This document shows positions 29,947 through 40,377 of a DNA stretch of 64,000 bases, in pieces. This stretch comes from Waddliaceae bacterium. GTDB taxonomy: Bacteria > Chlamydiota > Chlamydiia > Chlamydiales > SLFE01. The translations under genes and the position numbers were made by a program. Below the pieces are notes generated by a model, which was not told the origin of the DNA, made no database searches, and worked only from the letters and a program-made list of their open reading frames with translations. Within the stretch, counting starts at the first letter, position 1, and each line of letters starts with the position of its first letter. Where the stretch lies: the NCBI GenBank assembly GCA_963783885.1, contig CAWAPJ010000006.1, positions 1 through 64,000 on the forward strand, written 5' to 3'.

Positions 29947-30813
29947 CTATAAAGTGGTAATTTTGTTTGTAAAATATTGGGCAAGCTCGGGGTAGGCGCT
30001 ATCGAGATAATTTATAAAAGTTTTGGTGTATTCGGCAATATAGGGGCGGTATGCTAAGGGATTTTTTATTCGTGGGTCTTCTCTAAATTCACCAAAATCA
30101 ATGAAAACCGTGGAGCTTTCCAAAAAGCCGACATTTTCCAGAAAGCGAACGTCGCAGTCGATAATGCCCATTTGGCATCTTTTGACTAGAGTTTCGGCGA
30201 GATTTGCAAGCAGGCTTTTGGCTCTATCTTTCTGTTTTGCTTCCATACAGCTTTCGATGGCTTCTTTGACAAGCTTGGCTTTTTTTTGAAGATAAAATCG
30301 GCTCTCGGCAAGGTTAATTGTTTGCTTTTCACCCCATCGGTTCGTTAAGCTAACCTGAAGATTGGGATGATCGGCCGGTTCAAGATGCATATAAACTACT
30401 CCTGTCATCTCTTTTGTTTTTTGACCGATGGCAAAGCTTTTGCAGAGCTTTTTGACTCTTTCTTCTTTTTTTGTGATTTGAGATTTTCCATAGGAATTAA
30501 AATAGGGGAATGAGGCCAAGGCTTTTTCCCAAAGCGCAGGGCGCATTCTCTTAAGTTTAACGAACTTGAGTACATATTCATCGTCTTCGCTGACAAAGAC
30601 AAAGACCTGAGCTCCTTTTTCAAGATAATAAAACTGTTGTTTTAAAAGATCTTCGATATCAGGTGTTAGTGTGTCGAGGGCGATTTCGTGATCCACTTTA
30701 AAAGCTTTTCCGGAATTGAGATTGAAAGAGTTAAATTCATCAACTATTTCAAAGGCAGCATAAACTGAAAGAAAAAATAATCCTGAAACGCATGCGAATA
30801 TCATTCTTCTCAT
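29947..30813 (-). CDS. Membrane-anchored protein-kinase-like protein
   Basis: N-terminal TM segment, KGAQVFVF..VLKF, DCDVRFLEN, IDFG. Confidence 0.55.
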   Translation of the reverse strand: MRRMIFACVSGLFFLSVYAAFEIVDEFNSFNLNSGKAFKVDHEIALDTLTPDIEDLLKQQFYYLEKGAQVFVFVSEDDEYVLKFVKLKRMRPALWEKALASFPYFNSYGKSQITKKEERVKKLCKSFAIGQKTKEMTGVVYMHLEPADHPNLQVSLTNRWGEKQTINLAESRFYLQKKAKLVKEAIESCMEAKQKDRAKSLLANLAETLVKRCQMGIIDCDVRFLENVGFLESSTVFIDFGEFREDPRIKNPLAYRPYIAEYTKTFINYLDSAYPELAQYFTNKITTL

Positions 30814-30839
30814 AAAATTAGATTTATCAAAAATTAATT

Positions 30840-32939
30840 TTAATATCTCGGTTTTTGTCCACCGAGATTGAAATAGAAGGTGATTCGGTCTTCCCCTTCT
30901 TTTTTCTGGTAGCTGATGCGGGCGTTCCATGATGCCCGCAGGTAGAAAATCAGATCGGTTTCATATTCAAGATAGCTTGGTTCGCTTAGTCTGTTCCATC
31001 CATAGCGGACCATAAAGTTGGCGGCCCAGTTTGGATCCATTCGGGCATAGAGGTGCGCTAAAAAGGTATTGCGTCGGTCGGAGACAAGCGAATCCCTGAG
31101 CTGCTGTTCCGATCTGAAAAAATCGAGAATAAAATTGTTGTACTGGACTTTGCGCCACCAAAAGGAGCTTCTCTGACGGTATTCACAGCTGAAGGCGATG
31201 TATTCATTCACTGTGGCCTCGATTCGGTAATTCAAAAAATTGATTGCGTTTCGCTCATTGTCCCAGGCGGCTGTGAAGACGTGTTTGAGATAGTAGCTTT
31301 GCTGCCAGTCGACATCGAGGTAGACTTTAGGAATGCTGTCGAAAATCGTGTTGGTATTTTGGAAGGCGTAGGCATACAAATCTAAAGAAAGGTAAGGTGA
31401 TATGACATTGCCGGTTGGCTTGATGTAGATGAGATTCCTCATCCCGAATCTAAGAGCGTTTAAGTCAAACCAGCCATCGGAAATATCGAAAATATAGTGT
31501 TGGTCGGGGTTGATTGTGGGATTTGTGAGATATTGATAGAGGATGTAGGGTTCGACGACATGTTTGAGGCAGCTGTAGATGCGGTAAAAATTTGTTTTAG
31601 CCTCTCCACCGAGGCTGAGAAGAGAGAGCCACCTCACATCCTGCTGAGGACTGCTTCCGTAGAGTATGGCGATCGCTTCGGCCTGGGGGGTGATGTAGAG
31701 TTTATTCAGAGCAATGGGACGGTAGAGGCGATGAAAAAACTGGCATCTCCAGGCATGAAAGTCGGTCACGTCTTCTTCATCGCTTGCATATTTAAAATCG
31801 AAATATCCCATTTTAAACTTATTGTCGGTAAGAATTCCTGTGCGGCAGATCGTGAAGGGATGAAAAATTGCTTCAATCGAAGGGAGCTCCTGTTTGATCG
31901 TTTGAAATTCATTGATCCGGACCCGGGTGAAAAAATTGCTCACAACGTACTGCCCTTCCTGACGACGGAAGTTGAGCTGCGTTCTTTGCGCCGCGTCTAT
32001 TCGAAGGCCGTTGTCTTCATAATCCGTGGGCATTTCTTTGTCGCTTAAATAATCGTAAGAAAGATCGATGCTGGTCTGGCCCAAGTCCCACTCGTTATGG
32101 TAAATTCCTTCGAGCCGGTAGCGGGTCTTTTGGGAAGGATCGTCGATCGAAGAGTCGTTTGCTATATAACTGATAGAGTGGAACCAGTGGTCTTTTACTG
32201 GAGAAGTGTAATGGGTTTCGATACCTCCGCCAGGACCTCTTTGAACACGGTAGTCGAACCGTAAAAATGTGGAGAAATCATTCCAGTCGATGATTTCGTA
32301 TTTCATGCCAAAACGAAGCCCCTGCTTGCCTCCCCAGCGCACTCTGTAGCGAAGGGGAGAGTCGAAAATCCAGTCGAGATTGACTTTAAGTTTAGGCAGC
32401 CAAAACAGCGGCCATCTGAAGAAATGAAACTCGACGCCCCAGGCGGTCATGATGCGGTGGCAGGTGATGATATTGTCGCTATAGCGAATCTCCCAGTCCG
32501 GGTCGTCGCTCTCGGATGTCGTGACATAGCCATCAACTATGTGAATCTTTTCTTCGCCTATGAGATAAATTTCCCTGCCTCCGAAGTACCACGGTTCGAT
32601 GGCGCAGCGCCCGTTTGTGATCACCCCCTGCTTACTAATAAAGTCGTATTCAATCCTGTCTCCGACAAAAATATACTGGCCGAACGAGACGATAATGCAT
32701 CCTTCGGCAATCACTAAGGCCTGCGGTTCAAACCGGATTTTTTCCGCCTGGATCCTGATTTTCGGGGCTTTAACGACGCCTCCCTCCTCGGTTGAGAGGA
32801 TGCCTCCGGAATAGGTGGGGTTTTTCAAGTCGACGGTAATTCCCCCTTCGATAAGGCCCTGAAGCAGATCCTCTTTGAGTCCTCCGTTTAAGGCTCCAAG
32901 GAGCAGGGAGAAGATGAGTACCCAAAAGCATTTGATCAC
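30840..32939 (-). CDS. LptD/OstA-like outer-membrane protein
   Basis: Signal peptide, OstA-like N-terminal region (GDRIEYDF..GVITNG), aromatic-rich barrel region. Confidence 0.65.
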   Translation of the reverse strand: MIKCFWVLIFSLLLGALNGGLKEDLLQGLIEGGITVDLKNPTYSGGILSTEEGGVVKAPKIRIQAEKIRFEPQALVIAEGCIIVSFGQYIFVGDRIEYDFISKQGVITNGRCAIEPWYFGGREIYLIGEEKIHIVDGYVTTSESDDPDWEIRYSDNIITCHRIMTAWGVEFHFFRWPLFWLPKLKVNLDWIFDSPLRYRVRWGGKQGLRFGMKYEIIDWNDFSTFLRFDYRVQRGPGGGIETHYTSPVKDHWFHSISYIANDSSIDDPSQKTRYRLEGIYHNEWDLGQTSIDLSYDYLSDKEMPTDYEDNGLRIDAAQRTQLNFRRQEGQYVVSNFFTRVRINEFQTIKQELPSIEAIFHPFTICRTGILTDNKFKMGYFDFKYASDEEDVTDFHAWRCQFFHRLYRPIALNKLYITPQAEAIAILYGSSPQQDVRWLSLLSLGGEAKTNFYRIYSCLKHVVEPYILYQYLTNPTINPDQHYIFDISDGWFDLNALRFGMRNLIYIKPTGNVISPYLSLDLYAYAFQNTNTIFDSIPKVYLDVDWQQSYYLKHVFTAAWDNERNAINFLNYRIEATVNEYIAFSCEYRQRSSFWWRKVQYNNFILDFFRSEQQLRDSLVSDRRNTFLAHLYARMDPNWAANFMVRYGWNRLSEPSYLEYETDLIFYLRASWNARISYQKKEGEDRITFYFNLGGQKPRY

Positions 32940-34627
32940 TGCAGGGCCCTCATGAGAAGGCCCGCAAGGGCATAGCGGTTTTTGTGATTCCCTTTTTCCA
33001 TAGCTTCTAAAAGCATCATCACATCTTTCTCGCCCTGAGACTTTGTGAGCGCTTCCATTGACTCGACGTAAAGCATGGATGATTCATTTGGAGTGAGTTG
33101 GTAGGAGGGCTCATCGAGCCGCATTTCAAGGGGGATCATGGGTCTGAAATTGATCATTTCGATATGGCGCCCTGCCCTGACCCAATCTCTTAAATTTTGT
33201 TCATAGGGTCCCGGTTCATTGAGGCGGAACAAGGCCAGATTGCAATAGTTTCTCACCAAAGGGGCGCCAATTTTTTGTTGATAATTTTTAAGAATTTGAA
33301 TCGCTTCTTTGGAGTGAATATTTTCGAGAAGGCGGACCAAAAGAGGAACCAGGTCGTTTTGCTCGGAGTCGAGGAGGGCCTCGGCAAGCTGCAGAAAATC
33401 ATTTTCTTCAAGGGTCATGGAATCCTGAAGGATTTTAGAGCGGATCGATTTGGAAAGTTCGCTGGCGATACCAGCCTGGCTTTCATCAAGTGTCGCCAAG
33501 GGGATGTACTTCAAAAATATCTGCGCGCGCGATGGCGAGTAGGCTTTTACGATGAGATCATTTGAGCGGTTCATGAGAATATCTTTCAATGCCGTAAGAC
33601 ATCGCCGGTCTCTTAAGCAGAGGAGGGAGTATGCGGCATTGAGCCTGATCTCTTTCTTCGGTGAGAATGTCAGGTTATAGAGAAGATTTTTTGATTCTTT
33701 GATATCTTTGAGCAAATGGACAGCAAAGGGGAAATTGGCTTCCGAAGCCTCAAAAAGTATTTTTCTGTATTCTTTGCGGCCGAGTTGATAGAGGGCATGA
33801 GCCGCGGCGACAGCCACGTGGGGGGAGGTCGATAGAGCCAATTGCTCGAGGCGCGGCGCCGATTTTTCATCCTTAAAATAACCGAGCGCAGAAGCGCATG
33901 CCTCCTGTTGCAAGACATTCGTTTGTTTTGAAAGGCGCCGTATTTGTGGGAGAAAATCATCGCGGCCTTGCTCCCTGGCAGTTAAAATCGCCTCAACTCT
34001 GACCTTCTGGTCGGGGTCGTTCATCAACTGCCTTAAGATGGTGTTGGCCCGGGGGGTCCCTATGCAGGCAAAAATCGCCGGGAAAACGACTTTCACCGAT
34101 GCCGGAAATTTCGCCATCATCGCCTCTGTCTGCGATAGGGCGTGAGGATGTTTCTTTTTCGCCAGGCAAAATGCCGCTTCAAGCTGAATGATGGGGTTCG
34201 GGGTTTTAAACAGGAGCTTGATTGTCTCATCGGCACGATCGCTTTGATATTGGGATAAAAAGTTTAAGCAGACGATTTGGAGTTGGGGGTTATCCGACAA
34301 AAGTCCTGATTCTAAAATTGAAACAGCGTGTTCATTAACGCAGACTCCGGCCCCGAAATAAGAGAGCATCTTAATTTCGGGATCGTCCGAGCGGCAGCCT
34401 TGTTCCAAAATGATTAATGAGAGCTGGTTGAGCAGTTCGAAGTCCTGTTCCCCGGTCATCTGCGTATAACTGCGATAGAGTTCGATAGCTTCGGACACTC
34501 CTCCCAAATGAGCTTTGAAAAGAATGTGGTTTTTGAAATTCGCTGTTTCCGGATCAATCGTGAAAGACGAAAGCGAATGGATAAAAACACTCAAAAATAA
34601 GCCGATGATTAAGCGATAAAGTCCCAT
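32936..34627 (-). CDS. HEAT-repeat protein
   Basis: Repeated L.D....VR..A / QQEACASALG / VAVAAAHAL units. Confidence 0.75.
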   Translation of the reverse strand: MGLYRLIIGLFLSVFIHSLSSFTIDPETANFKNHILFKAHLGGVSEAIELYRSYTQMTGEQDFELLNQLSLIILEQGCRSDDPEIKMLSYFGAGVCVNEHAVSILESGLLSDNPQLQIVCLNFLSQYQSDRADETIKLLFKTPNPIIQLEAAFCLAKKKHPHALSQTEAMMAKFPASVKVVFPAIFACIGTPRANTILRQLMNDPDQKVRVEAILTAREQGRDDFLPQIRRLSKQTNVLQQEACASALGYFKDEKSAPRLEQLALSTSPHVAVAAAHALYQLGRKEYRKILFEASEANFPFAVHLLKDIKESKNLLYNLTFSPKKEIRLNAAYSLLCLRDRRCLTALKDILMNRSNDLIVKAYSPSRAQIFLKYIPLATLDESQAGIASELSKSIRSKILQDSMTLEENDFLQLAEALLDSEQNDLVPLLVRLLENIHSKEAIQILKNYQQKIGAPLVRNYCNLALFRLNEPGPYEQNLRDWVRAGRHIEMINFRPMIPLEMRLDEPSYQLTPNESSMLYVESMEALTKSQGEKDVMMLLEAMEKGNHKNRYALAGLLMRALQ

Positions 34628-35214
34628 AAGTCTATCCCGACCTTTAATAATAGAGCCCTTAATGTGTTTATAGGAAGGCCCATAACATTGTAAAAGCATC
34701 CCCGGATTTCACGTACAATGATGCTTCCTTCCCGTTGGATGGCGTATCCGGCGGCTTTGTCGATAGAGTGGCACCGTTTCTGATAAGCTTTGATTTGGCC
34801 GGGTTCCAACTGATTGAGGCAGACTTTTGTCACCTCAAAATCCGAGAAGACCACTTCGTTTTTCCTTATGCAGATTCCTGTATAGACTTCATGCCACCGG
34901 CCGCATAAAGTCATCAGCATATCAAAAGCTTCCTTTTCATTCTTGGGCTTTCCAAAAATTTTATTTTCAAAAATGACGAGTGTGTCCGCCGTTATGACAA
35001 CTTCTCCACTCTGTATCTCGATACAACAGCTTTTACCCTCGGCTATTTTGCAAACAAACTCACCCGGACGATTCCGGTAGAGGATCGACGCTTCATCGAA
35101 AAGGGATGATTGTTGGACAAAAGGGAGGGTGAAGTAACTTAGAATTTCTCTTCTGCGAGGTGATTGGGAACCTAAAATAACAGGCCCCGGGGCGGGTGAT
35201 AGTTCATTTTGCAT
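34609..35214 (-). CDS. maf: Maf nucleotide pyrophosphatase
   Basis: ILGSQSPRRREIL, ITADTLV, GKP, DKAAGYAIQ, NVMGLP. Confidence 0.95.
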   Translation of the reverse strand: MQNELSPAPGPVILGSQSPRRREILSYFTLPFVQQSSLFDEASILYRNRPGEFVCKIAEGKSCCIEIQSGEVVITADTLVIFENKIFGKPKNEKEAFDMLMTLCGRWHEVYTGICIRKNEVVFSDFEVTKVCLNQLEPGQIKAYQKRCHSIDKAAGYAIQREGSIIVREIRGCFYNVMGLPINTLRALLLKVGIDLWDFIA

Positions 35215-35215
35215 G

Positions 35216-35554
35216 TTAACTAATAAAAACTTGTGGGAAAACGTAGAGTTTCAAGTCTTTTTCGCTTATCGTCGGACAATGATGAATGAGTTGTTTTTTG
35301 AATTTTTCTTCAATATCCCGCAATCGGGATGTCGTCAGGTGCCTGTCTTCGATGTACCTGCCCACATATTCTTTGTCTTTGTAGGGAATGGTTTCCAGTC
35401 CGTTTTCCTGGCTTTGCCAGGCAATTTGCGCCAGCCGCCACTTGTCGCTGGCAAAAAACTCGCGCTTGAGTTCGTTATTAATTAAAAATCCGGCAAACAG
35501 TTTGACTGTGACCCGATTATCAAGAGAGGCCTTCATAATCGGCAATCGTATCAC
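35216..35554 (-). CDS. Hypothetical protein
   Basis: Tightly packed in an operon between neighbours on the same strand. Confidence 0.6.
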   Translation of the reverse strand: MIRLPIMKASLDNRVTVKLFAGFLINNELKREFFASDKWRLAQIAWQSQENGLETIPYKDKEYVGRYIEDRHLTTSRLRDIEEKFKKQLIHHCPTISEKDLKLYVFPQVFIS

Positions 35555-35566
35555 AGTGTGGATTTC

Positions 35567-36889
35567 TTACGCGACCCTTTCTTCGATAATCGGAACGAAA
35601 CCCTCAGGCATCAGCTGCTGAAGGGGGACAAGCTTTCCTTCATACTCGATCTCTTCGTTCGACAGATTCACAATGGCGGTGACAAAACGTTCTAAATCCT
35701 CTTTTTGCGTCGGGTAGAAACGGATCTCGGGCGGGCATTCTTTGTAATACAGCAGCATGTGCTTATAGATAAGCGCCAGCATATTCAGGTCATAAAGGTA
35801 TTCGTTATTGATTCTTCCATGAGTGATCTGCATTAGGATAATCGAGATTTTTTTTAGAATATCCGATTCCGGCCAAAGAAAGGCGATCACTTCTTCACGT
35901 TCAATGCCTTCAAATCTAATAGGGGTGTAGGTTTCAGGCTTTTTTGCCGGTAAAAGATGCAGTAGATGAAGCTTGTAATAAACAGAATAAATAAAGAGTT
36001 TCACGGCGAAGTTGAAGTAAGGAATTTCAAAGTTGCGGTTAGCTTTGAAAGTCCCTTCCGGAAGCGTTCCCCGGTGTATAGACTCTATTTTGATTTCGAA
36101 GAAACCGTCTATCCACTTCCAGATAGTTTCAAGAGGCGGGCCGAATTTCACATGAAGAATGGGCCGCAGCTTTTGTTTGAGATCAGCAGCCGGATGATCG
36201 GGATCCAGATCAAATAATGTTTCGAATGCCGCCACCAGGAAAAGAAAATCTTCAGGCTCATAAATTTTTTCCTTAAAGCGAACTCCCGACCCCAAAAGGT
36301 TTTCGAATTTTTCATAAAAACAGTGTAAGAAATAGCGAATCGATCGAATGATTCTTCGACTCTGATTTGGACCTTCTCCCAATGAGTTTTCCTCGACAGG
36401 AAGATAACTTTTGCTTAGGAGCTTTCCCAAAGCGCCGCTCATTAAGTCGTTGGAAATATTCACGCTTACAATTTGCGATTGATTGACATTCAGGGCTTTT
36501 AGCAAATCAATTGACTCGGGATTAGAGGTTTCCCTTTTGGTTGCAGGGACAAACTTTGTCATGGCATCGAATTGGGGGGGCTGGTCATTGTGATAAAGCG
36601 GTTGATAAGTGGCCGCAAAGTAAAGCAGATAGAGCGCATCCACAAGGAGCTCAGGTATTTCGTCTTCATTGATTTCGGGATGGACGCATATGCAAGTGCC
36701 CCGGTTGATTTCCGGCTTCAGATGAAAGTAGGCTTTCATTTCTTCTTGTTCGGAACTGCCAATAAAATCATCAAATACCGCTGAGGGATAAAAACGGATA
36801 GGTCCCATTCCAATCGGTTTCTTGCTTTGCAAATTTAGATAGGGAAGGCAGGCATACATTTTATAAGGTTTTTTTATATTTTCTTTCAT
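35567..36889 (-). CDS. Hypothetical protein, possible degenerate ApeA/HEPN-like fold
   Basis: GGAGGT RBS; FLFLVAAFETLF ... FFEIKIESIHRG. Confidence 0.6.
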   Translation of the reverse strand: MKENIKKPYKMYACLPYLNLQSKKPIGMGPIRFYPSAVFDDFIGSSEQEEMKAYFHLKPEINRGTCICVHPEINEDEIPELLVDALYLLYFAATYQPLYHNDQPPQFDAMTKFVPATKRETSNPESIDLLKALNVNQSQIVSVNISNDLMSGALGKLLSKSYLPVEENSLGEGPNQSRRIIRSIRYFLHCFYEKFENLLGSGVRFKEKIYEPEDFLFLVAAFETLFDLDPDHPAADLKQKLRPILHVKFGPPLETIWKWIDGFFEIKIESIHRGTLPEGTFKANRNFEIPYFNFAVKLFIYSVYYKLHLLHLLPAKKPETYTPIRFEGIEREEVIAFLWPESDILKKISIILMQITHGRINNEYLYDLNMLALIYKHMLLYYKECPPEIRFYPTQKEDLERFVTAIVNLSNEEIEYEGKLVPLQQLMPEGFVPIIEERVA

Positions 36890-37273
36890 TTAAGACCTCC
36901 GAGGCATAATAATAATTTATTATGCAAGTTCAATGCCAAACTATATAAACAAAATAAATAAGGTTAGAAACCTTTCAAAAGCTTCTTAAACGTCAAAATT
37001 TTGCAGTTTAAGACTTGCAAAATGGAAATTTTTTTTCAATGACGGGTTTTTACAACCATCTGATATTTAGTGACGTGTAAAATTTGCCTAAAAAAATTTT
37101 GCTTTTTTTTAAAAAACTTGTGGATGATTTATCTCTGAACCCTTATTTAGAAAGGGTAAAACCCCTTTCAACATATTGTCAAAGGGATGCAAAAAACACT
37201 TGAACCAAAAGGAAAAGTAAAGAGCTTAAAGAACTCTTGATCAGTTCCAACCAAAAAACATAGGAGTTATGTT

Positions 37274-37498
37274 ATGAAAAAGGCACTAGCATTTTTATCT
37301 TCTTTAGCAGCTTTAGGCGCAGTATCGGTTATGTTGACCGGATGTGGTTGCTGCGATACTTGCGATCCTTGTTGTCCTCCAAGGTGCTGTCCGCAGCCAT
37401 GTGAAAAGCCATGTCCTCCATGTCCTCAGCCATGCTGCCCTAAGCCACGCTGCCCTGAGCCATGCGAGCCTCAGTGCTGCCCAAGACCTTGCTGCTAA
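37274..37498 (+). CDS. omcA: Small cysteine-rich lipoprotein OmcA-like (copy 1)
   Basis: AGGAG RBS, lipobox LTGC, CC/PC repeats; upstream of omcB. Confidence 0.85.
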   Translation: MKKALAFLSSLAALGAVSVMLTGCGCCDTCDPCCPPRCCPQPCEKPCPPCPQPCCPKPRCPEPCEPQCCPRPCC

Positions 37499-37541
37499 GC
37501 TAATTAAGGTTAACGGTGTGATAATTTAGGTTGCACGACTA

Positions 37542-37569
37542 GTCGGCAGGGTGTTTTGACCCTGCCGGC
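37542..37569 (+). other. Intergenic stem-loop in the omcAB locus (processing/stability element)
   Basis: CGGCAGGGT-GTTTTG-ACCCTGCCG, no U tail. Confidence 0.55.
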
Positions 37570-37602
37570 ACTACAAGTAGAGAAGTTCGAGAAGGAGACA
37601 GT

Positions 37603-37896
37603 ATGAAAAAAAACCAGGCAAAGACTGCAGTGACAGTTTTGTCGCTGGCGATAGCGGCCCTTCTTGTGACAGGTTGCGGTTCCCGATTGGACAACTGCTA
37701 TAGGCCTTGCAGCTACTCAAGCTGCAATTCGCCATGCTGCCAGCCTCCGGTCAATTGCTGTCCGAGGCCATGCAATCCATGCGCGACATGCAACAGCTGC
37801 TGCGGACCATGCTGCTGTCCACAACCGAGATACTGCGGATATCAACCATTTGACTATTGTACGCAGGGATGGTATTTATATTTTGACCCTAATTGA
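37603..37896 (+). CDS. Small cysteine-rich lipoprotein OmcA-like (copy 2)
   Basis: AAGGAG RBS, lipobox VTGC, Cys/Pro-rich, aromatic tail. Confidence 0.8.
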   Translation: MKKNQAKTAVTVLSLAIAALLVTGCGSRLDNCYRPCSYSSCNSPCCQPPVNCCPRPCNPCATCNSCCGPCCCPQPRYCGYQPFDYCTQGWYLYFDPN

Positions 37897-38087
37897 CATA
37901 ACCTGGGTGGGGAGGTTCTAAATGGAGGCCGATTCCTTAAGGAGAAGGCAAAAGTGATTGTCGCTTTCTCTCATTACTTTTTGAAAAAAGATTAAAAAGA
38001 GATTAGATAAGGTGACAATCTAGCAGAGAATGCAGAAAGTCATAAGATTTTGTTAAGTAGAAGTGTTAAACCTAAAGGAGACACTAA

Positions 38088-39629
38088 ATGAAGAAACATC
38101 TGGGACTACTAACCTCGTTGATTGCGGTACTTGCCACAGCACTCTGCTTTGCTGGGTGTTCCAATTATCGAGGCGCTGATGCATGCTGTCCCGACGTTTG
38201 CGTCCAAGACAGCTGCAATCCACGTCCGTGTCCTCAGCCATGTGAGCCTTGCCAAGAGCCTTGCGCATATGGCAGCACAGGACAAATAACATGTGATGGA
38301 GTGATCGTCACTGCCACACAGCCAAAGCTTTGTATCTTAGGAGACAACTACGCTTTGGATGTCTGCATTAAAGCGTGCATCGATGTATGCCACGTTGAAG
38401 TTAACGCTATGCTTCCCGAAGGCGTATCGCTGGTTCGCAGCGAACCCCCGGGAGTGAAAGAGTCTGACGGTCTGTTGACATGGACCTTTGATCGCATGAT
38501 GAAAGGGGACTGCCATTCCAGCCGCGTCATTTTGCGTGCCGATGTTGAAGGCAATCTTTGCGTGTGCTTTTGCGTAACTGCGATACCTGTTCAATTCTGT
38601 TCAGTACTTTGCGCCAAGCCTATACTCGAGTGCAGCAAGTGCGGCCCCGAAGAAGTGGCTCCCTGCGATCCCGTGCACTATACAATCACCGTTACCAACA
38701 CAGGATCTTGTCCTGCTGAAGATGTCGTTGTGGTTGACAATGTGCCGGACGGACTTGAGCACAGCAGCGGCCAAAGAAGGCTTACATGGGAGCTTGGAAC
38801 TATCTGCCCATGCGAGTCTAAGTGCATCAACGTTTGCTTCACAGCAACTAAGCGTGGACAAGTGTGCAATACAATCAACGTAACGTCTTGTAATGCCCAC
38901 CCGACAAGCTGCCAGTTCTGCACTAATGTTGTTCTTTGCCAGTCCGAGATTGAAAAAACCGGGCCGAAAGAGAGAAAAATCGGCGAAAGCGCTGATTACA
39001 ACATCACAGTCACTAACACCGGAGACAAGACACTCACTGGCGTTGTTGTCTGCGACCAGGCGCCATCGGCAACTTCAATTGTTGAAGCTCCTGGGGCGGT
39101 TGTCAACGGCAACCAGGCAGTTTGGAGATTTGATGAGTTGAAGCCCGGCGAAAAGCAAAATCTTAGCATCACATTGACAACATGTACTCCAGGTTACTTT
39201 GTGAACCATGTTTATGTGGACAACTGTCAAAGATGCCGCGATTGCGCCGAGTGGGGAACACGCTGGAGAGGAACTCCTGCGCTTAACGGATGCTTTGCAG
39301 ATACAAAAGATCCGATTTGCGTTGGCGACTTCAACAGCTATACTCTGAATGTCACTAACCAAGGTTCTGAGGAAGACACCAACCTTCGCGTTGTTCTGCG
39401 CTTCCCAGCAGAGCTTGTGCCTGTGACAACACACGGAGATTCTCCGGCGACAATTTCTGGACAAACAGTGACTTTCGATCCGATCCCGATTGCTGGATCT
39501 AGAGAGGCATTCCAGTTCAGAGTCGATGCTCAAGCGAAAGAGAGAGGAGACGCTCGAATCAAGGCTGAAATCAGCTCTGATACGATCAGAACTCCGATCA
39601 CACTCGAAGAGAGCACGATCATCAACTAA
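38088..39629 (+). CDS. omcB: Large cysteine-rich outer-membrane complex protein OmcB
   Basis: DUF11-type repeats (YTITVTNTG..DNVPDG), DTKDPICVG, VTNQGS.EDTN, many Cys; lipobox-like FAGC. Confidence 0.9.
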   Translation: MKKHLGLLTSLIAVLATALCFAGCSNYRGADACCPDVCVQDSCNPRPCPQPCEPCQEPCAYGSTGQITCDGVIVTATQPKLCILGDNYALDVCIKACIDVCHVEVNAMLPEGVSLVRSEPPGVKESDGLLTWTFDRMMKGDCHSSRVILRADVEGNLCVCFCVTAIPVQFCSVLCAKPILECSKCGPEEVAPCDPVHYTITVTNTGSCPAEDVVVVDNVPDGLEHSSGQRRLTWELGTICPCESKCINVCFTATKRGQVCNTINVTSCNAHPTSCQFCTNVVLCQSEIEKTGPKERKIGESADYNITVTNTGDKTLTGVVVCDQAPSATSIVEAPGAVVNGNQAVWRFDELKPGEKQNLSITLTTCTPGYFVNHVYVDNCQRCRDCAEWGTRWRGTPALNGCFADTKDPICVGDFNSYTLNVTNQGSEEDTNLRVVLRFPAELVPVTTHGDSPATISGQTVTFDPIPIAGSREAFQFRVDAQAKERGDARIKAEISSDTIRTPITLEESTIIN

Positions 39630-39649
39630 GGCAGCCTGAAAAGTTGTCT

Positions 39650-39681
39650 AAAAAAAGCGGCCATTCGGCCGCTTTTTTTTT
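39650..39681 (+). terminator. Rho-independent, probably bidirectional terminator after omcB
   Basis: A7-GCGGCC-ATTC-GGCCGC-T9. Confidence 0.9.
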
Positions 39682-40377
39682 AGTAAAAAGAGTTGAGGCG
39701 AAAGACTTGCCGGCAAATCCTCCTCTGCCCGCACCTTATTCCCAGCAAGTCTAATTTAGGTTCATCCTGTAAAAGAGGTCCGTAACTCAGTAAGAATCGC
39801 TAAATATTTTGCTTCATCATATGCTTTGCCCGCAGTTAGTATTCTTATCGGGCTAAGAATAACGAACTGGCGGAGTCGCAGGGATGCAAAGAGATGAATA
39901 AAAAATAAGAACAGCCTCTTTAAATCCTGGGTCTTTGAGCCTCCGCATGGCTTTGTTGCACAATTCACCACTGAGATCACCGAGCTCACTGAGAGAATAT
40001 GAGAGATTTGCTTTAAGCTGCTATTAATTCACTTTCAGGCATTCCCAGCCTTGTCATTATGTTTAGTGCTTCGCATTTTGCGCTTGAATCAGCCCTTTGA
40101 GTTTCCAAGGTTCTGCTTCTTAAATCATTTAAATCTGAACATTGCTGTTTCAGCAAGCGATCGATGATGGTATCCTTTCAATTTCTTCCATAACTTTCTC
40201 GCATCATCATCTCCACCTAAACCCGAAATTTCTAGCAAACTGATATTACGTATCTCCCAAGAAGGAGATACATTTTCTCGAAAGGCAGCATTCTGATTGG
40301 GTGGGATAATCGGAATTGAGCCGTGTTTTACATTGGCTGCGTAGCATCGCTCAGTATCATAAGCTCCATCTCCATAG

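Noticed and set aside
39762-39989. 75-aa minus ORF with a tail (AYDEAKYL) loosely like an IS110 C-terminus
   Set aside because: It starts inside the IR and crosses a decayed palindrome; the similarity is too short to support
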